NCBI GenBank assembly: GCA_965197645.1
Contig: OZ240219.1
Location: 2,496,001 to 2,560,000, forward strand
Origin: Dehalococcoidia bacterium
GTDB taxonomy: Bacteria; Chloroflexota; Dehalococcoidia; Plut-88900
Length of the DNA stretch: 64,000 bases
Reading direction: 5' to 3'
The notes under the pieces are model-generated. The model was not told the DNA's origin. It made no database searches and saw nothing but the letters and a program-made list of their open reading frames with translations. The position numbers and the translations under genes were made by a program. Positions 59,692 to 64,000 of the stretch are shown here, piece after piece; within the stretch, counting starts at the first letter, position 1; each line of letters begins with the position of its first letter.

Positions 59692-59712
59692 ACGACGAGG
59701 AATGAGAGACCC

Positions 59713-59994
59713 ATGCCTACACAAGATGCCCATAAGCGGGAAGGCCCCCGGAGGCGCGGAGGACGGACCGTTGTCCTGCTCGACGTGGCGGCCCTCTGGA
59801 AGCGGCTGGCACTGCTGAACCGCTCCCAGAACTGGCTCGCCAGGGAGATCGGGATAAGCCCCGGCTACGTGTCGAAGCTGGTCAACACGGGGCGCTCCCC
59901 CTCCGGTCGCATCCGCCGCCGGATGCTCAAGGCCCTGGAACTAACCGAGTTCGGAGACCTTTTCAGACTGGAGGATAGCGATGAACAACAGTAA
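59713..59994 (+). CDS. XRE-family HTH protein
   Basis: SQNWLAREIGISPGYVSKLVN.GRSPS. Confidence 0.85.
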   Translation: MPTQDAHKREGPRRRGGRTVVLLDVAALWKRLALLNRSQNWLAREIGISPGYVSKLVNTGRSPSGRIRRRMLKALELTEFGDLFRLEDSDEQQ

Positions 59995-60307
59995 CGACCC
60001 GACCCGTTTCGACGGGCGCGACAACCCCGTAGCCGATGGGACCGAACCCCTGGACGGCGGCGTGCTGCCCGAGGACTTCGGTGAGCGCCTCGAGCAGCTC
60101 AAGGAGCTCAGCGGCCTCTCGTGGCGCGGCTTCGCCAAGGCCCTCGGCGTGGACCCCAAGCAGCTGCGCATGTGGCGCATGAAGGGCGTCGAGCCCTGCG
60201 GCGGAGCAATGCTCTCCATCTGCCGCTTCGCGTTCCGGATACCCGGCGGCCTGCCGGTCATCCTGGGCGAGGGCATCCAGATGACCTTGTTCGAGGAGGA
60301 GAGCTAG
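59981..60307 (+). CDS. XRE-family HTH protein, paralog of 43489-43734
   Basis: DFGERLEQLKELSGLSWRGFAKALGV..KQLRMWR. Confidence 0.8.
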   Translation: MNNSNDPTRFDGRDNPVADGTEPLDGGVLPEDFGERLEQLKELSGLSWRGFAKALGVDPKQLRMWRMKGVEPCGGAMLSICRFAFRIPGGLPVILGEGIQMTLFEEES

Positions 60308-60476
60308 ACAACCGGCCCCGCCGGGCGCAGGGCGCGCATCGGCGGTACGGCGGGGCCTGAACCGGCTTGGAGGCCGTAGGCGCTCGCCCCTTCCGTCGGC
60401 GCCGGCGGCCCCCCGGCCGCACAACTTGCAACGAGAGGCCAGCGGCCCACAAGAGACTCCGCTGCGACCACGCACC

Positions 60477-60713
60477 ATGAAAGATCCCAGAAGAAACAAC
60501 GGACGAAAGAGGCCCGGAGAGCGGGAGCTTGAAGACGCCCTGGAGCGCTCCATGCCGTCCTACACCCCGGAACACCGCAGGGCCGTCCTGAAGGGGCTGC
60601 GCATCCTGGCCCGCGTCGCCATCCGCTCCTACATGGAGGAGCGGGCGTCCGCATCGCACCGAGCAGAAACCGGGGAGGATGGCGGCGAGGAAGAGGGTCA
60701 GCGTGGAGTGTAA
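60477..60713 (+). CDS. Small hypothetical protein near the recombinase
   Basis: Amphipathic LKGLRILARVAIRSY helix; coding-like codon pattern. Confidence 0.5.
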   Translation: MKDPRRNNGRKRPGERELEDALERSMPSYTPEHRRAVLKGLRILARVAIRSYMEERASASHRAETGEDGGEEEGQRGV

Positions 60714-60769
60714 GCGGGGGTGCAGGCGGTCCGGTGCGGGAGGAAGGTGCGCAGCGAGTGTGGCGCGTT

Positions 60770-61126
60770 CTAGTACATGATGAGATGGGTGGGAACGAGT
60801 CGCTGCGCAATGGGGTCCACCGCCAGCCTCAACCCCTCCAGGGTGTAGGCTCCCAGCAGAGCCGGTGCGTCGTCCTCTCCGAACACGACGAGAGTGACCT
60901 CGCTGGAGCCGTTGACCGTCGCCCAGGCTCTCCCAATGTCCATCTCCACCCGGCGACCGTCGGCGAGCAGGAAGACGCCCTTGTCCATCGGCTCGATCCC
61001 CAGCTCGCGCAGAAGGCTGCCGGGCAGCGTCGTGTAGGCGGCCCCGGTGTCCACCGTCGCCTCTACCTCCCGCTCCTGCTGCCCGTCCATGCTGGAGATG
61101 CGCAGAGGGCACCTGAAAGTCCCCAT
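60770..61126 (-). CDS. Clan AA (retropepsin-like) aspartic protease
   Basis: VDTGA and LLGAYTLEG..L.VDP motifs; paralog of 24647-25057. Confidence 0.85.
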   Translation of the reverse strand: MGTFRCPLRISSMDGQQEREVEATVDTGAAYTTLPGSLLRELGIEPMDKGVFLLADGRRVEMDIGRAWATVNGSSEVTLVVFGEDDAPALLGAYTLEGLRLAVDPIAQRLVPTHLIMY

Positions 61127-61203
61127 AGGGAGAGTCGCTCCTTCTCAGTGTCTACCACCCCATTTTACTCCATTCGGAACGTCTCTTATAGGGGCTGTGG
61201 CCC

Positions 61204-61232
61204 TTGACACCGGCAGCCGGTTCGTCCATGAT
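61204..61232 (+). promoter_or_regulatory. Promoter of the RHH-recombinase operon
   Basis: TTGACA-17 bp-CATGAT. Confidence 0.5.
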
Positions 61233-61271
61233 AAGGGTAAGACATATTGTTACATCGAAGGGCAAAAAAAC

Positions 61272-61493
61272 ATGCCGAAGAAACGAAGGACCGTCACCTT
61301 CTCTCTGCCGCCCGAGATGGACGACCAGCTCAGGCAGGCGGTCAGGGAGGACGGCCGCACGCTGAGCGAGCTTCTGCGCGAGGCGTTCCGCCTCTACCTG
61401 GAGGAGAGGGAGTGGCGCAGACAGGAGAGGACGCAGATGCGGCGCTTGCGCCGAACCAGCAGGAAGCAACAAGGAGGACCAACAGATGAGTGA
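61272..61493 (+). CDS. Ribbon-helix-helix (CopG-like) protein
   Basis: TVTFSLPPEM...L....RTLSELLREA..LY; overlaps the recombinase start. Confidence 0.85.
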   Translation: MPKKRRTVTFSLPPEMDDQLRQAVREDGRTLSELLREAFRLYLEEREWRRQERTQMRRLRRTSRKQQGGPTDE

Positions 61494-63072
61494 GCGAAAC
61501 GACCGCACGCCGGCAGCCCTCTACGCCAGGGTCTCCAGCGACCGTCAGGACGTGGACCTGTCCGTGTCCGCCCAGCTGAGGGCGCTCAGGGACTACGCCG
61601 ACAAGAACGACTACGAGGTCGTCCGGGAGTACGTGGACGAGGCGGAGAGCGGGCGCGTGATGAACCGCCCGGAGTTCCAGAAGATGCTGGACGAGGCCAA
61701 GAGGACCGACGCGCCCTTCGAGGAGATATTGGTCTGGAAGTTCTCAAGGTTCACCCGCAAGCGCGAGCACGCCGTCATTCTGAAGTCCATGCTCAGGCGC
61801 AAGGGCCTCCGCGTCGTCTCCATCACCGAGCAGGCCGAGGACAACCCCACGGGCAGGCTCCTCGAAGGCATCATCGAGACCGTGGACGAGTTCTACAGCG
61901 AGAATTTGGCGATGGAGGTCTTGCGGGGAATGCGCGAGGCCGCATCCAGGGGCTTCTGGGTCGCTCCGATGGCCCCCTACGGCTACAGGAAGGTCAAGGT
62001 GCTGGACGGCCCCAAGGAGAGGCCCGCCCTGGAACCGGACCCCGAAACGAACGGCATCGTCAAGCGCATCTTCGACCTGGCCGAGACTCGCAAGGGGATG
62101 ATGAAGATCGTCCGCATCCTCAACGACGAGGGCATCTCCAGCCCTAGGGGTAAGCTCTGGAACAAGCCCACCGTCCACAACATCCTCAGAAACGAGGCGT
62201 ACCTGGGCACCCTGGTCTGGGGCAACAACGCCAAGGACGGGGCCGAGCCGGTGCGGGTGGACAAGGCGTTCCCCGCCACCGTCGCCAAGGACCAGTTCGA
62301 CCGGGTGAACAGGATACTGCGCTCCCGCGCCCCCAAGGTCTCCCACCCCCGCAGAGTCGGAAGCACCTTCCTGCTGAGCGGCCTGGTCAAGTGCTACAGG
62401 TGCAAGAGGGCGCTCTCGGGCCGCTACTCCAGCAGGGGCACGTTCCCCTACTACGTCTGCCACTCCTTCGTCAAGCGCGCCCCCGGGTCCTGCGACTCGC
62501 CCAGGGTCGACGCCCGGCAGTTCGAGGAGCTGGTCGTCGGCCTGATTCGCACCAACATCCTGACCGAGGGCAACATTCGGAGCCTGGTCAATGTCGTGGA
62601 CGAGCAGATGGACGACGTGGCCGGTGACGAGCGCAAGCGGCTGGAGACCATCGAGAAGGAGCTTGCCGACGTGAGGGGCAGGCTCGACCGGCTCTACGAC
62701 CTCGTGGAGACGACGACCGAGTTCAACATGGCCGACTTCGCCCACCGCATCCGAGACCACAAGGAGCGTCAGGAGCGCCTTGAGTCCGCCGCTGAGGGGG
62801 CGAGGGCAATCCTGGCCCAGCGCAGGGCGGTCCTCGACGACGTGAAGACCATCACGGCCTACGCCAAGGACATGAGCAGGTTCCTCAAGTCGAGCGAGCT
62901 GACGGAGCGCAGGGCCTTCATCGAGACCTTCGTCAAGGAGATCGAGCTTCTGCCCGACAACGCCGTCGTCCGCTACACCGTTCCCATGCCCGACGACAGC
63001 TTGATTCCAGGAAAAAAAGTCCAGGAGATACCGCTGAACGGCTCGGTGGTATCTTCCGACGTGGCGGCGTAG
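61486..63072 (+). CDS. Large serine recombinase (resolvase, recombinase and Zn-ribbon domains)
   Basis: YARVSS..Q catalytic motif, SRFTR, PYGY, LSGLVKC..C, YYVC...C and coiled coil. Confidence 0.95.
   Translation: MSERNDRTPAALYARVSSDRQDVDLSVSAQLRALRDYADKNDYEVVREYVDEAESGRVMNRPEFQKMLDEAKRTDAPFEEILVWKFSRFTRKREHAVILKSMLRRKGLRVVSITEQAEDNPTGRLLEGIIETVDEFYSENLAMEVLRGMREAASRGFWVAPMAPYGYRKVKVLDGPKERPALEPDPETNGIVKRIFDLAETRKGMMKIVRILNDEGISSPRGKLWNKPTVHNILRNEAYLGTLVWGNNAKDGAEPVRVDKAFPATVAKDQFDRVNRILRSRAPKVSHPRRVGSTFLLSGLVKCYRCKRALSGRYSSRGTFPYYVCHSFVKRAPGSCDSPRVDARQFEELVVGLIRTNILTEGNIRSLVNVVDEQMDDVAGDERKRLETIEKELADVRGRLDRLYDLVETTTEFNMADFAHRIRDHKERQERLESAAEGARAILAQRRAVLDDVKTITAYAKDMSRFLKSSELTERRAFIETFVKEIELLPDNAVVRYTVPMPDDSLIPGKKVQEIPLNGSVVSSDVAA
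63048..63058 (+). repeat. Right inverted core GGTATCTTCCG inside the recombinase 3' end
   Basis: Matches the reverse complement of 37643-37653 at 10 of 11 positions. Confidence 0.6.
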
Positions 63073-63285
63073 ATGACGATGTGCCCTGCAGTCCGGTGAT
63101 GGTCTTGCTCGGCTGGCAGAAGCGCAAGCACGCGTTGGCACGATGCTCTCGGAAGCTATCTCCGAGCCGGAGAAGGGCCGTGGGACCGGCAAGCCTTAAC
63201 CTTAGGTAGGTTAGAGACTGGGTTCTGGGAGATTACGCTCTGCAGGCCGGAGGCAGGGGTTACGAAGGCCCCTTGAGTTTCCGTA

Positions 63286-63669
63286 CTAGCCCGACTGAAC
63301 CGGCAACTCGAAGTTCATCAGACAGAATACGTTGTCATCCGGGTCCGCGAAGACGGCCAGGCCGTCCGTAGGCTCGCCGTACTCCTCACTCAGTAGCCTG
63401 CCACCCAGGGCCTGTACACGGGGAACAGCCGCCTTCACGTCGGGCACCGACAAGTCGAAGTGCACCTGATTCTTGCCGGTCTTCTTCTCGGGCACCCACT
63501 GGAGATAGAAGATCACGCCGTTGGAAAGGGGCTTCAAAGCGACGTATGGGCCCCACGCCGCGACCCGCTTGGCTCCCAGCAAGGCGGAGTAGAAGGCCTC
63601 CGCCCGCTCAAGGTCCAAAACATCGACCCCGACGTGGCTAAGAAGCCCTACAGGTCCCGACTGTTCCAT
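63286..63669 (-). CDS. VOC/glyoxalase family protein
   Basis: H..VDV.DLE.A..FYS, KN.VHFDL and ADPD.N.FC motifs. Confidence 0.88.
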   Translation of the reverse strand: MEQSGPVGLLSHVGVDVLDLERAEAFYSALLGAKRVAAWGPYVALKPLSNGVIFYLQWVPEKKTGKNQVHFDLSVPDVKAAVPRVQALGGRLLSEEYGEPTDGLAVFADPDDNVFCLMNFELPVQSG

Positions 63670-63764
63670 GGTGATTTTCTCCTCTCGTTTGGTCTGGGTT
63701 AGCGCGAAGTCCAGAGATGTTCCTAATCAACAACTTCTGGACCCATTAAACGAGACCGGTCCCC

Positions 63765-64000
63765 TCATTTCCCGCTATCGTCGTCCAGCCGCCGTTCCAG
63801 CCGTTGCAACGTTGTTTGGGTAGCACGGATCTCCCGCAAAAGCTCCTCTCTGGATACCGGGCCCTCCAGATCTCGCAATCGCTCCTTCTTGGCCTCGTCC
63901 AGGTTGTTGATGATGATAGCGATGAAGAGATTTATTACCACGAACGTCCCGACCACAACGAAGCTGACAAAGTATATCCAGGCCATCGAGTGCAGCTCCA
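63765..64000 (-). CDS. C-terminus of an ion transporter (bacterial voltage-gated Na+ channel-like); partial
   Basis: S6 helix AWIYFVSFVV..TFVVINLFIAII followed by a coiled coil. Confidence 0.8.
   Translation of the reverse strand, partial: ELHSMAWIYFVSFVVVGTFVVINLFIAIIINNLDEAKKERLRDLEGPVSREELLREIRATQTTLQRLERRLDDDSGK

Larger units (their letters stand above)
37647..63054. mobile_element. Integrative conjugative element (T4SS, relaxase, large serine recombinase), apparently inverted
   Basis: VirB6/VirB2/VirB3/VirB4/VirD4-like genes, Replic_Relax relaxase, XRE regulators and terminal serine recombinase; bounded by inverted cores. Confidence 0.8.

Overview
GC-rich bacterial window. Gene content and promoter style suggest Chloroflexota/Dehalococcoidia (SAR202-like); this is an inference, not searched. 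Bases 1-32055 are core-like: NAD salvage (pncA/pncB), tilS, a CNNM/CorC gene with an attenuator-like leader, mfd, comF, glyA, rpsF-ssb-rpsR, hom-thrC-folE, an MshA/MshD/MshB-like cluster, and a hydrolase cluster with three ureohydrolases and two amidohydrolases. This part ends at a tRNA with a CAT anticodon (Ile2-like). Accessory DNA follows. Bases 32056-37635 are a decayed cargo block (secreted protein, gene fragments, MMPL transporter) ending in a 9-bp copy of the tRNA 3' end. Bases ~37647-63054 are an integrative conjugative element: fused sensor kinase-OmpR regulator, FN3 surface protein, TPR protein, several XRE HTH proteins, a ~1.1-kb repeat- and hairpin-rich non-coding region, VirB6/VirB2/VirB3/VirB4 (frameshifted)/VirD4, a Replic_Relax relaxase and a large serine recombinase. 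The main observation is that this element is bounded by inverted GGTATCT(A/T)CCG cores, and inverting it would fuse the recombinase in frame to an orphan C-terminal tail that runs through the tRNA-derived repeat.
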